A model generated the notes under the pieces. The model saw nothing but the letters and a program-made list of their open reading frames with translations, was not told where the DNA came from and did no database searches. A program made the position numbers and the translations under genes. A DNA stretch of 64,000 nt from Chlorobiota bacterium (GTDB lineage: Bacteria > Bacteroidota > Ignavibacteria > Kapaibacteriales > NICIL-2), in NCBI GenBank assembly GCA_026416585.1, contig JAOAEV010000008.1, positions 65,527-129,526 on the forward strand. The letters run 5' to 3'. Shown piece by piece: positions 30,207-39,632 of this stretch (position 1 is the first letter of the stretch; every line of letters begins with the position of its first letter).

Positions 30207-30772
30207 GATTCCGGTTGTGTTACATGTCTGCCATTGGCGAAGAGAAGTTGCTCACGGAGCCGCTGAAGCTGACCAACTAGACTTGCGTCCAGTCGTACAT
30301 CATTGCATTCGACAATTAGCCCACCGAGAATCGCCGGCTCGATACGATAGTGAATTTGCGGTGTGCCTCCGAATCGTGTTGCCACAAGCGATTCGATGCG
30401 GGGGTAAATATCGGCAGGTAGCTCTACCGCCGATACCACACGAGCACGAACTATGCCGACGTATTGGTCATACAGTGTAATGAATTGCTCGGCGATTTGA
30501 TCAAGCACGTTTTCACGTCCTTTAGTACAGACCAGCTGCAGGAACGCTCGAAAGAGAGGATGCGTCTGCTCGCCAAAAATCGCGTCGAGTACCGCCTTTT
30601 TGCGCTCGGCTGCGATAACAGGATTCCGCAACAGTGCGCGCAGTGGTGCCGATGCTCCCAATGCAATGTGGAATAACTCGACCGATTGCATGACCTGGTC
30701 GAGTGCACCGGCATTGAGTGCTGCATCGAGCAGCGATTGTGCATAACGTTTTGCGACACGGGCGTTTCGCAT
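30203..30772 (-). CDS. atpH: F0F1 ATP synthase subunit delta (OSCP)
   Basis: Start at [15 protein letters not shown], the typical delta N-terminus. The ORF-track start at 30931 would overlap atpF. Confidence 0.8.
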   Translation of the reverse strand: MRNARVAKRYAQSLLDAALNAGALDQVMQSVELFHIALGASAPLRALLRNPVIAAERKKAVLDAIFGEQTHPLFRAFLQLVCTKGRENVLDQIAEQFITLYDQYVGIVRARVVSAVELPADIYPRIESLVATRFGGTPQIHYRIEPAILGGLIVECNDVRLDASLVGQLQRLREQLLFANGRHVTQPES

Positions 30773-30785
30773 CGGGTACCTCGTG

Positions 30786-31283
30786 TCAATTTGCTCGTTC
30801 CAGTTGCGCCAGCGACTGTTCGACGAGTCGCCGGTGCTGCTCACTATCGAGCTGCTGTGCAAGCAATCTCTGCGCTGCTTGGAGAGCAAGCTCTGCAACT
30901 TCGCCTCGAAGCGCAGCGCGTGCGTCGGCAATCATGCGTTCGATTTCGCGCTCAGCTTCGCGGAGCTTCTCCTGCTTGACAAGCTCTCCTTCCTCGGCAG
31001 CCTTTGTGACGATGCGTTCAGCTTGTTGTCGGGCATTGCGCAGCAGTTCAACCATTTCCGCGTGTGCACGTTTACGCTGCTCTTCAGCGTCGGCAAGCAG
31101 GCGCTGCGCCTCGGAACGAGCATGTTCTGCTGCGCGCAGAGACTCAGCGATTGTCTGTTCGCGACGTTCGAGTGCCACACGAAGCGGTTTATACCCGAAT
31201 TTGGCGAGGATAAACAGGTACAAACTAAAGTTGACGAGCGTCCAGATTATCAACCCTGGACTTATCTGCAGCAATCCTTCCAT
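30786..31283 (-). CDS. atpF: F0F1 ATP synthase subunit b
   Basis: 165 aa with a single N-terminal TM helix and a long charged coiled-coil. Confidence 0.85.
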   Translation of the reverse strand: MEGLLQISPGLIIWTLVNFSLYLFILAKFGYKPLRVALERREQTIAESLRAAEHARSEAQRLLADAEEQRKRAHAEMVELLRNARQQAERIVTKAAEEGELVKQEKLREAEREIERMIADARAALRGEVAELALQAAQRLLAQQLDSEQHRRLVEQSLAQLERAN

Positions 31284-31337
31284 TACGCACCGAAAAAGTA
31301 GTGGAGACTTGGTACTGCGGCTGTGAGAGCCTTAGGA

Positions 31338-31568
31338 TTATCCCTTCAGCGCAAGGAAAATACAGACGACCAATGCAAAGAGCGCAACCCCTTCGATCAA
31401 GGCTGCACCGATGATCATTGTCGTTCGGACGTCACCTGCTGCTTCGGGTTGGCGTGCACCAGCTTCCAACGCTGCGGCTGCCAACCGCCCAATTCCATTA
31501 CCGACACCCAACACAGTGATACCGCAACCGATACCAGCTGCCAACCACGCAAGACCATAACCGTCCAT
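31338..31568 (-). CDS. atpE: F0F1 ATP synthase subunit c
   Basis: 76 aa two-helix hairpin with a GxGxGxG helix and the conserved carboxylate Glu (ALIEGVALF). Confidence 0.92.
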   Translation of the reverse strand: MDGYGLAWLAAGIGCGITVLGVGNGIGRLAAAALEAGARQPEAAGDVRTTMIIGAALIEGVALFALVVCIFLALKG

Positions 31569-31598
31569 CGAAACAACTCCGAAAAAAGTTCAACAAAC

Positions 31599-32597
31599 TT
31601 AGAGCGATACTGCTGTGTGATGTTCATCATGGTCATGCGCATGGTCACCCAGCGCCAAACCGACGAACACCGCTGTCAGCACAGTGAATATGTATGCCTG
31701 CAAAAAGCAGACGAGCGTTTCCAACAGGTAAATAAAAATCGAGAAGCCCACAGACATTGGGGCAACGAATATCGAACGGAAGTAGAAAATCAACCCAATG
31801 AGCGAAAGCAAAATAATGTGCCCCGCCGACATGTTTGCGAACAAACGAACCGTCAGCGCAAACGGTTTTGTGAACAGACCCAAAATTTCGATCGGTACCA
31901 TGATTGGTGCCAAGTATGCCGGTGCACCACCGAGTAAGTGATGGAGCCACCCGTTGATACCAATCTCGCGTATCGCCAAGCCATTGATCACCACAAATGC
32001 CGTTATCGCCAGTGCTGCTGTCGTTCCGATAGCGCCTGTCGCCGTGTGCATTCCTGGCAATAACCCAAGAAGATTCAGTACTAAAATGAACAGGAATAGC
32101 CCGACAAAATATGGCATAAATTGCCGTACCAGCCGTTCAGACCGGAGGTTCGGTCGAACAACTTCGTCGCGTATGTACACAACGATTGCCTCCAATGCAT
32201 TTTGCAGTCCACGTGGTGGCATAAGCGGATCACGCCGATATCGCCGCCCCGCTACAAAAAAGAGCGCAAGAACGATAAGCATTCCGATCCACTGGAAAAC
32301 AACAAGGTTTGTCACCGATAAGTCAAGAGCTGGCGATGCACCATCAGTTGCACGAACAATATGCCCCTTGCTAATGCGGTATTCCCCCTCTTGCTCCATC
32401 GCATGGGCATTGCGATAAAAGTGCCACCTGCCGCCATCATAGAGCACAACAGGTAGCACGTCCGATGTCGTAAATGCAATGTTCAACTCATGATGATCGC
32501 CCAGTTCCTGCAGCAGGTGCGGAATAACCTGGCCCGGAGGTATTTCCTCCGCGTGTGCATGCTGTGTTGCCAACGTGTCAGTTGCAGTCGAACTCAT
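31599..32597 (-). CDS. atpB: F0F1 ATP synthase subunit a
   Basis: 332 aa polytopic protein with the conserved Arg region (LTVRLFANMSAGH). Confidence 0.9.
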   Translation of the reverse strand: MSSTATDTLATQHAHAEEIPPGQVIPHLLQELGDHHELNIAFTTSDVLPVVLYDGGRWHFYRNAHAMEQEGEYRISKGHIVRATDGASPALDLSVTNLVVFQWIGMLIVLALFFVAGRRYRRDPLMPPRGLQNALEAIVVYIRDEVVRPNLRSERLVRQFMPYFVGLFLFILVLNLLGLLPGMHTATGAIGTTAALAITAFVVINGLAIREIGINGWLHHLLGGAPAYLAPIMVPIEILGLFTKPFALTVRLFANMSAGHIILLSLIGLIFYFRSIFVAPMSVGFSIFIYLLETLVCFLQAYIFTVLTAVFVGLALGDHAHDHDEHHTAVSL

Positions 32598-32600
32598 GCG

Positions 32601-32927
32601 TTACCACGTAGTAAAAGGAACTCGTTGACGCCGATAGCGGCGACGCCGACGCAACGGTGTTTTAGCGTTTTCGTGACGTGCGTGCAAAAAAAAAGCCTCG
32701 ACGATCACCATCACGAAAAATGAAACCATGAGCGCCAATGCTAACGCTAGTTTGTGCAAATCGAAGATTGTGACAACAGCCGCGATAATGATGACCATCA
32801 TCACCAGACGCAAAGCCATCGCCGTCAGCACAAGCGATGTCGCGCGATTAACCGGCAAATGTTGTGCTCTGCGTGCCACAAGTAATCCAGCTGCGATATT
32901 GGCGAGGCTAAGCAGGATGCCCACCAT
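32601..32927 (-). CDS. putative ATP synthase protein I-like small membrane protein
   Basis: Internal Met start (MVGILLSLANI...) chosen to avoid overlapping atpZ. Two or three TM helices, immediately upstream of atpB. Confidence 0.45.
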   Translation of the reverse strand: MVGILLSLANIAAGLLVARRAQHLPVNRATSLVLTAMALRLVMMVIIIAAVVTIFDLHKLALALALMVSFFVMVIVEAFFLHARHENAKTPLRRRRRYRRQRVPFTTW

Positions 32928-32956
32928 AGCGCTGAGCAGTATATGCGACGTCGTGC

Positions 32957-33325
32957 TCAATGCCCTGCCGCCGAATTGTCCGACTTCTGCCGCAACTGTT
33001 GTCGGTCTAGCCGTGCGATAGTTCGTATAAACTGTACAATCGCAGCGACAACACCAAACACAAACCCAATGATGGTCCACACTGGACGCATCTCAGTTGC
33101 ACGATCGAGGAACCAACCGAGCCCTCCACCAGCAAGCACTGTCACTGCAAGCTCGACGCCAAGTGTCGCAAGCGGCGCGAGTTGACGGAGGGCAGTATGA
33201 GTCGGTGTCCGCAGCAGTCGGTTGGTCACAGGCATGCGCTCAAAGAACCTTGTTACAATTTGCAAAAATATGGTACTGACAGCCGATGCAACCATGCGAA
33301 CCGAATGTTCAGAGCAACGGGTCAT
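32957..33325 (-). CDS. atpZ: AtpZ/AtpI-family putative F0F1-ATPase accessory subunit
   Basis: 122 aa, two TM helices, with a GGGLGWFLD motif characteristic of the AtpZ family, which is annotated as 'ATPase gene 1'. Confidence 0.6.
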   Translation of the reverse strand: MTRCSEHSVRMVASAVSTIFLQIVTRFFERMPVTNRLLRTPTHTALRQLAPLATLGVELAVTVLAGGGLGWFLDRATEMRPVWTIIGFVFGVVAAIVQFIRTIARLDRQQLRQKSDNSAAGH

Positions 33326-33329
33326 CGTC

Positions 33330-34064
33330 TTAGGTCCTTTCTCCCAACACTCGCATGGGACGGAGCATCACCAGACGCTGGAGTTGAAACCGCTTCACAG
33401 CATAACGCTCCAAGTGTTCTTTCATCGCTTCGACTGAGTCGGTCACGAGCACCAGTTGACGGTCAGTTGGTGAGATAGTTCCTTCCTCGGTCATTTGAGT
33501 AAGCAATGCCTCGACAGGAGCCCAATAATTGGTATCCATCAGCACTATTGGGAAACGCTCGATTTTCCCTGTCTGAATAAGGGTGAGTGCTTCGAACAAT
33601 TCATCAAGCGTACCGATCCCTCCAGGCAGAACAACGAAGCCGTATGAGTACTTGACGAGCAACACTTTTCGCACGAAAAAGTAGCGCACTGTGATCCACC
33701 GATCCAAATAGGCGTTCGGCTGTTGCTCGTGGGGTAGCTCGATATTGCAGCCGATCGAACGTCCACCGGTTTCACGCGCACCACGATTGGCTGCTTCCAT
33801 TAGCCCCGGACCACCACCAGTCATGACGGTAAAACCCATTTCAGCGATCTGGCGACCGACGCGGAGCGCCATGTCGTAGTAGGGATGATTTTCACCGATT
33901 CGCGCAGAGCCAAACACTGTGATACACGGCCCGACGAAATGTAGCGATCGGAAACCACGAAGGAATTCCCATGCAACACGCATGACAAAACGCAGCTCCT
34001 CCCACCGTCCATGTGGACCGGTCAGCGCGTAGCGCTCATCGGTATGCAATAGTCGAATACTCAT
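33330..34064 (-). CDS. LOG-family cytokinin riboside 5'-monophosphate phosphoribohydrolase-like protein
   Basis: 244 aa with the LOG/TIGR00730 motifs (VFGSAR, GGGPGLMEA, PGGIGTLDE). Confidence 0.8.
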   Translation of the reverse strand: MSIRLLHTDERYALTGPHGRWEELRFVMRVAWEFLRGFRSLHFVGPCITVFGSARIGENHPYYDMALRVGRQIAEMGFTVMTGGGPGLMEAANRGARETGGRSIGCNIELPHEQQPNAYLDRWITVRYFFVRKVLLVKYSYGFVVLPGGIGTLDELFEALTLIQTGKIERFPIVLMDTNYWAPVEALLTQMTEEGTISPTDRQLVLVTDSVEAMKEHLERYAVKRFQLQRLVMLRPMRVLGERT

Positions 34065-34067
34065 TGG

Positions 34068-35414
34068 CTAATACCCACGGAGTCGCAATTGTCGGATAAT
34101 ACGATCGGCATAAACGTACTCAACATTGCCGAATACTTCACTCTCCGGCAGCACAATCAACTCACCTTCCGTTGCAATAACACTGGGATCGTACGCAGTA
34201 TTGGATAGGACTGTTGCTTCTTCTGGACGAAATTCGTTATCGACATCGGTAATGGTAACAATTGCACCTATATGTTTCGTACTGCGGTCCATCGGCATCA
34301 AATCGCTCGAGAGCATTAGCCATGGAATGCGCAGACGAACTATATAGCCATGCTGCTGACGCATAGCATGAATAGCGACATCTGCGAATGCTTTCATACG
34401 CAGCCGGGTCAACATGCTACTATCGTTGACGAGCAGTATTGCTCTCGGTAGCTGCTGTTGAAAATTACCAAAATGAATGCTCAAACCGACCAGTGGTGCA
34501 TCTGAACGTCTCCGTATCGTAATGCCGCGTTTTTCTCGTCGTACAGCAATGCTCGGTAGCGTCGAATCCGACACAAACAAATCAAACCATAACTCTAACC
34601 GATCTGACGGACACGTGTCACAGTATGCAATAACGACTTCATCGTCTCGCACTGCAACAGTTAGATACAAATAACTTGTGTCATACACTCCCGCTAACGT
34701 CATTGAGCAATCATCTGGACCACTCCAGTAGTATGCACCGCGCTGGACATAATCAACACTTGCCACATGAGCTCTCCGCTGATAACCATGCCCCGGAATT
34801 ACACCACGGGGATAGATGGGTACAAGACTACATTTTCGCTCAAGCACCGGATTACCGCTGAGTGTCGTTGTCCACTGCTCCCGTATTTCGAGTCCTGCAT
34901 AGCTGAGAGTTTGATCAAGTGTGTAGCTGCCAAGCCGTCGCGTCCGATATTCAGTGGCTGTCACCAGTGCGATACCATCGAAACGATACCCGGTTATTCT
35001 CCAGTTGAATTGCTGTAACTTCTCCGTGATGTAGCATATTCCATAGCGTATGACAACACCGACTTCCAGTGGAAGCTCAACAAAGCGGTATTCTTTCGTG
35101 GCAATGTGGGTCAAATAACCGTCCACGTCCACGAACAAATAAACCCATAAGCGCTTCCCTTTTTCAGCACGATGACGCACAACGCACGCCAAATCGTAAT
35201 TTCCATCACCGGAGAAATCCCCCGCATCCCATGAGTAGAACGTTGTGCCACGGGCATCTGAAAACACCGTATCGAGGTCACTAATAAGTTCCCGATCGAA
35301 GTATAACTCGAGTTTTCGATAGAATTCATCACGTGTCATGCCGGACTGCGCCAGAGACAAAGTTGTCAGCATGACACCAATGACGAGCGCAGCAAGCGTC
35401 TTACAGTGCCTCAT
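34068..35414 (-). CDS. hypothetical secreted protein
   Basis: Internal Met start (MRHCKTLAALVIGVMLTTLSLAQSG) with a signal peptide. The longer form would overlap the upstream GNAT gene by 167 bp. No recognisable domain. Confidence 0.45.
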   Translation of the reverse strand: MRHCKTLAALVIGVMLTTLSLAQSGMTRDEFYRKLELYFDRELISDLDTVFSDARGTTFYSWDAGDFSGDGNYDLACVVRHRAEKGKRLWVYLFVDVDGYLTHIATKEYRFVELPLEVGVVIRYGICYITEKLQQFNWRITGYRFDGIALVTATEYRTRRLGSYTLDQTLSYAGLEIREQWTTTLSGNPVLERKCSLVPIYPRGVIPGHGYQRRAHVASVDYVQRGAYYWSGPDDCSMTLAGVYDTSYLYLTVAVRDDEVVIAYCDTCPSDRLELWFDLFVSDSTLPSIAVRREKRGITIRRRSDAPLVGLSIHFGNFQQQLPRAILLVNDSSMLTRLRMKAFADVAIHAMRQQHGYIVRLRIPWLMLSSDLMPMDRSTKHIGAIVTITDVDNEFRPEEATVLSNTAYDPSVIATEGELIVLPESEVFGNVEYVYADRIIRQLRLRGY

Positions 35415-35892
35415 TAGCAAGCCGGGCAAATTCGACGTCATCGAGGCGGTAGAGCTGCCATTGGGATAAACACCGAGCACCGAGTGCGCGATAGAAGCTA
35501 TGAGCTGCTTCGTTCCAATCGAGAACGAGCCATTCCATGCGCCCACAACCGCGCTCCATCGCAACACACGCCAGGTATTGCATTAGTGCACGTCCGACAC
35601 CTTGTCCGCGCCACTGTGGTAGGACGAAGATGTCCTCTAAAAATAGCGTTGATGCCGCACGAAACGACGAGTATGTTTCAAAGAATATGCAGTAGCCACA
35701 TAAGGCATCGCCCAGATAAGCTAGGAGCGCACTGTACCGTGGTGGGCTGTGCTCGAAGCAATCACGGAAAAGTCGCTGATGAGCATCATGGTCAGGTGGC
35801 ACAAGCCGTTCGTATTCTGCCAGTGCACAGATGAGCTGAAAGAAATCATCGAAGCGCTCTGGAGTCAGTGGTGCGATCCGAACAGCGTTCAT
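35401..35892 (-). CDS. GNAT-family N-acetyltransferase
   Basis: 163 aa with the acetyl-CoA binding motif (QWRGQGVGRALM). Confidence 0.8.
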   Translation of the reverse strand: MNAVRIAPLTPERFDDFFQLICALAEYERLVPPDHDAHQRLFRDCFEHSPPRYSALLAYLGDALCGYCIFFETYSSFRAASTLFLEDIFVLPQWRGQGVGRALMQYLACVAMERGCGRMEWLVLDWNEAAHSFYRALGARCLSQWQLYRLDDVEFARLANEAL

Positions 35893-36230
35893 AGCATCGC
35901 AGCCAAGATATCGTCAGGCACTTCGATCTCCATCATAAGCATTGCCGACGCAATAGTCTTACCTTGTGCGTCGAGTTTAAGCGAAACAGTACCTCCACCG
36001 CCGAGCGCACCATGCAAAATAAAATTGAGTGCCCACAAGTTTGGCAGTTCGTAGCGCTCCACCGGACCAGTACACAAACCGGTGAAATGCGCAGCAACAC
36101 GCTCGACCGTTAGATAATCCCGTAGAATTGGATACCACTCTTGGCGATATGCAATGACTCCACAGTTTGCAGCATCACCTTTATCGCCACTTCGTGCATG
36201 GGCGAGTTTGTAGAGCGGAATACGAGCCAT
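35889..36230 (-). CDS. small conserved hypothetical protein (HARSGDKGD motif; AtuA-associated DUF-like)
   Basis: About 113 aa from the internal Met. The HARSGDKGD/GGGGTV motifs resemble the small proteins usually paired with AtuA/DUF1446. That assignment comes from memory and is uncertain. Confidence 0.4.
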   Translation of the reverse strand: MARIPLYKLAHARSGDKGDAANCGVIAYRQEWYPILRDYLTVERVAAHFTGLCTGPVERYELPNLWALNFILHGALGGGGTVSLKLDAQGKTIASAMLMMEIEVPDDILAAML

Positions 36231-36264
36231 CAGACCATGTGAAATGTTCGACTTTGCGTGCAAA

Positions 36265-37647
36265 CTACGACGCACGACCACGCAACAACCAACCGAGTAC
36301 AATCGGTGTCAACAGTGTTGATGCCATAACCATCAGCATAATTGCCGAATATTCCTCTGCAGAGACCACACCAATTCCCAACCCAACCGACGCAAAAATC
36401 AATCCCACTTCACCACGCGGCACCATTCCCCAACCAACTATCCATCGCCGGACAGGACCAGCAACGGCACCCGCACATAACTTTCCAGCTACAGCGATGA
36501 GTGTAATCAGAAACCCTGCACCTAACACATGCAATGAGTTGAACGTGCGTAAGTCAACGCTAAAGCCAGTCATCACAAAGAAAATCGGTACAAAAAAGTA
36601 TGAGAGTGGTTGAATCATCTCCTCAATGTGGTGCAGACGATACTGATTGAGCACTTCGATTAAGCGACTGCGGGTAGGCTCACCAAGTTCTGGCACGATG
36701 TCGTGCTCAATCGTTTCGACGATTTCTGGCGCACGGTAAATGTTGAAGTGCACCCGATCAAGTATCAACCCTGCGCCGAAAGCTCCAATGATCGGCGCCA
36801 AATCATCAATGTATGCTATATAGCTTACAAGGAAACAAAATGCTGTCGGAACAGCAAACTTCATCGTTGTGGAGGTGCTCAACCGTGCCATCCATCGAGC
36901 AAGTAGGGGTGCGAGTCGTCCGCCAAGAACAATAGCGCCCACCAGAAATATCAGCGATTTACTAACGATAATCGCAACATCAAGCAGATCAAAGGCACCC
37001 GTTTTGACTATCCCCTGAACGACGGCCAGAATAATCACACCGAGGAGGTCGTCAATGACTGCTGCACCCAAAATGATGCTCGCTTCTTTACTGGTGGAGA
37101 CTCCAAGATCGCGAAAGACTCGGACTGATATGCCAACCGATGTTGCTGTCAGAGTCGCACCGAGAAAAATATGCGTGTTGGCACTCATGTCAGGATACAG
37201 ATATTGCCCGAGCAGATACCCGCCTATAAACGGAAAAAATACCCCAACGGTCCCAACAAGTGTTGCTCGCAATCCCACTCGACGAAATTGATCGAGATTC
37301 GACTCTAACCCGATTTGGAAAAGTAGCACAATTGTACCAACTTCAGCGAGGAATTGCATGACAACACTTGTACGCATTGGCTCAAGCCACCGGACCCCCA
37401 TGAGTGCAAGACCACTGAGCACAATCCCTGCCAGAATTTCACCGAGCACGGGGGGCTGCCCCAATCGTTCGATCGCACTGCCGATGCGTGCAGCCATGAT
37501 CACCACAACAATCCAACCAAGCGCAACAAAAATTTCCTCTGATTGCCCCGCTCCACCAGCAGCCAACAATTCCACCACACTGAAACTGAGTGCAACGACA
37601 GCGACAATCACCCAGCGGATCAAGCGGTGCGCATCAAGTGTTAGCAT
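36265..37647 (-). CDS. cation:proton antiporter (NhaP/CPA1-type Na+/H+ exchanger)
   Basis: About 460 aa with 11-13 TM helices typical of Na_H exchanger domains. The start was chosen at MLTLDAH to avoid overlapping the upstream gene. Confidence 0.75.
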   Translation of the reverse strand: MLTLDAHRLIRWVIVAVVALSFSVVELLAAGGAGQSEEIFVALGWIVVVIMAARIGSAIERLGQPPVLGEILAGIVLSGLALMGVRWLEPMRTSVVMQFLAEVGTIVLLFQIGLESNLDQFRRVGLRATLVGTVGVFFPFIGGYLLGQYLYPDMSANTHIFLGATLTATSVGISVRVFRDLGVSTSKEASIILGAAVIDDLLGVIILAVVQGIVKTGAFDLLDVAIIVSKSLIFLVGAIVLGGRLAPLLARWMARLSTSTTMKFAVPTAFCFLVSYIAYIDDLAPIIGAFGAGLILDRVHFNIYRAPEIVETIEHDIVPELGEPTRSRLIEVLNQYRLHHIEEMIQPLSYFFVPIFFVMTGFSVDLRTFNSLHVLGAGFLITLIAVAGKLCAGAVAGPVRRWIVGWGMVPRGEVGLIFASVGLGIGVVSAEEYSAIMLMVMASTLLTPIVLGWLLRGRAS

Positions 37648-37652
37648 GCCTT

Positions 37653-38600
37653 TCAAACAGAACAATTCACCAATTGCTGGCGAAAATAGTCTGCTGTTCG
37701 CCGCAACCCTTCTGTCCGAGACACTCGAGGCTCCCAACCAAGCAACTGCTGCGCCCGCGAAATATCTGGCTGGCGAATCTTAGGATCATCTTCAGGCAGT
37801 GGGTGAAATTCGATTGGGCTTGAAGAACCGACAAGTTCTCGGATTTCTTCAGCCAACTGTAGTACGGAGATCTCATCCGGATTGCCGAGATTGACTGGTT
37901 CAACAGCGTCTGACTCGAGCAAGCGAACAATACCTTCAACCATATCGCTGATGTAGCATATCGAGCGTGTTTGCAAACCATCACCAAATACTGTCAGTGG
38001 TTCGCCACGCAATGCCTGTGTCATGAACGCGGGGATCATCCGTCCATCATTAAGCCGCATTCGCTCGCCATAAGTGTTGAAAATTCGCGCGATGCGGGTA
38101 TCGAGCCCATGATAGCGGTGATAAGCCATCGTCATCGCTTCGGCAAAGCGTTTGGCTTCATCGTACACGCCACGAACACCGACAGGATTGACATTGCCCC
38201 AGTAGCTTTCCGGTTGAGGGTGGACCAAAGGATCGCCATATACTTCGCTTGTGCTTGCCAGTAAAAATCGCGCGCCCTTTGCTTTGGCGAATCCCAGTGC
38301 TTTATGCGTGCCCAGCGAACCCACCTTCAACGTTTGTATCGGATATCGTAAATAGTCCATCGGCGATGCTGGCGAGGCAAAATGCAGTACATAGTCAACC
38401 GGACCTTCTACGTAAATGAAGTTAGTTACATCATGGCAGATAAAACGAAAGTGCGGAGTACCAACAAGGTGCGCGATATTGTCGGGCGAGCCAGTGATGA
38501 GATTATCCAGGCAAATAACTTCATCACCACGGCCGACGAAATAGTCGCACAGATGCGATCCGACAAAACCTGCGCCACCTGTAATGACGATGCGTGCCAT
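37653..38600 (-). CDS. UDP-glucuronate decarboxylase (UDP-xylose synthase)-like NAD-dependent epimerase/dehydratase
   Basis: 315 aa. [11 protein letters not shown], the YDEAKR catalytic motif, and a length and motif pattern matching UXS/ArnA-decarboxylase-like SDRs. Confidence 0.75.
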   Translation of the reverse strand: MARIVITGGAGFVGSHLCDYFVGRGDEVICLDNLITGSPDNIAHLVGTPHFRFICHDVTNFIYVEGPVDYVLHFASPASPMDYLRYPIQTLKVGSLGTHKALGFAKAKGARFLLASTSEVYGDPLVHPQPESYWGNVNPVGVRGVYDEAKRFAEAMTMAYHRYHGLDTRIARIFNTYGERMRLNDGRMIPAFMTQALRGEPLTVFGDGLQTRSICYISDMVEGIVRLLESDAVEPVNLGNPDEISVLQLAEEIRELVGSSSPIEFHPLPEDDPKIRQPDISRAQQLLGWEPRVSRTEGLRRTADYFRQQLVNCSV

Positions 38601-38602
38601 CT

Positions 38603-39064
38603 CTAACCAACAATAATGCTAATGATGCGAACAATTTGCCGACCGACGAGTGCGTAGCTCCCAACCAGCAAACACCAGGTGAAGGTAACTGCGAACCACC
38701 CGCGGGATGAATGACGTCGGCAAAGGACATCAAAAAGGGAGGCATAGCCACCAGCAACAACATCATTCCAGCTAATTAATTGCGGAGAAACGTTCTGCGC
38801 TCGAGCGAGTGCAAGCACACATTCTGCTCGGCGAAGCTGGCGGCGAAAGTCATAGCCCCAGAGAGTCAGCAGTAACAAGTACACCTGATACTGCACCAGA
38901 GAAAATGACTGCCGCTCACTCGGTTGAATTTCGACCAACACAAGCGGCAGCCACATCATTCCTGCAAGCGCGAACGCCATCCGGACAAGTCTGCCAAGCA
39001 CGCGACGTTCGGCAACCCATGCTCCACCGAGCACGTGTTCGGTTACTGGAGGTATTCGGCGCAT
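38603..39064 (-). CDS. hypothetical membrane protein
   Basis: 153 aa with 3-4 TM helices. No recognisable domain. Confidence 0.4.
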   Translation of the reverse strand: MRRIPPVTEHVLGGAWVAERRVLGRLVRMAFALAGMMWLPLVLVEIQPSERQSFSLVQYQVYLLLLTLWGYDFRRQLRRAECVLALARAQNVSPQLISWNDVVAGGYASLFDVLCRRHSSRGWFAVTFTWCLLVGSYALVGRQIVRIISIIVG

Positions 39065-39082
39065 GGGGTAGTGAGCTTCTTG

Positions 39083-39496
39083 TTACTCAGAGGTTTCCGA
39101 CCCAGCTTCTTGATTTGCTGCTTGTGCCTTTCGGTGCTTACGTTCAGCGCGCTTTTCTTTGTTGCGCCAATAGCGCTTGAGCACACGTTCGCGGTGTTCG
39201 GCAACAAGTTGCTCGATTTCTTCCGGCAAGCGACCTTGACGTTGCAGTGCTCGCCGCAAAAGCACACCGTCGTAATACAAGATGTTGCGAACAGTGTCAC
39301 TCATCTGAGCACCGACGTCGATCCAGTAGATCGCTCGTGCGTGGTCAATACTGATGGTCGAGGGTTGGGTCATTGGGTTGTAATACCCAATGCGTTCGAC
39401 GAAACGACCGTCGCGCTTTGCACGCGAATCAGTAGCGACAATGTCGTAGAAAGGATCATGCGTACGTCCACGACGACGCAAACGGAGTCGGACCAT
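39083..39496 (-). CDS. rpsP: 30S ribosomal protein S16 with basic C-terminal extension
   Basis: Start at MVRLRLRRRGRTHDPFYDIV, the canonical S16 N-terminus. An extra Lys/Arg/Glu-rich tail of about 50 aa follows. Confidence 0.9.
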   Translation of the reverse strand: MVRLRLRRRGRTHDPFYDIVATDSRAKRDGRFVERIGYYNPMTQPSTISIDHARAIYWIDVGAQMSDTVRNILYYDGVLLRRALQRQGRLPEEIEQLVAEHRERVLKRYWRNKEKRAERKHRKAQAANQEAGSETSE

Positions 39497-39632
39497 GATA
39501 TGTACTGGACGCGATAGTGAAACATGAATTGGTAGTGCGACTTGTCGTAGCTCGTGCAGCAATAAGGCATGCACGCTTTTCAGCTACCGCGGCTTTGCCG
39601 CGTCGAGCGTCCACGACATGCACTCCCATTGT

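Noticed and set aside
32601-33080. Full-length 159-aa ORF upstream of atpB
   Set aside because: Its first 50 codons (a Cys/Trp-rich peptide, MDHHWVCVWCCRCDC…) overlap the atpZ-like gene and look non-biological. The shorter internal-Met version (32601..32927) was kept as a putative AtpI-like protein.
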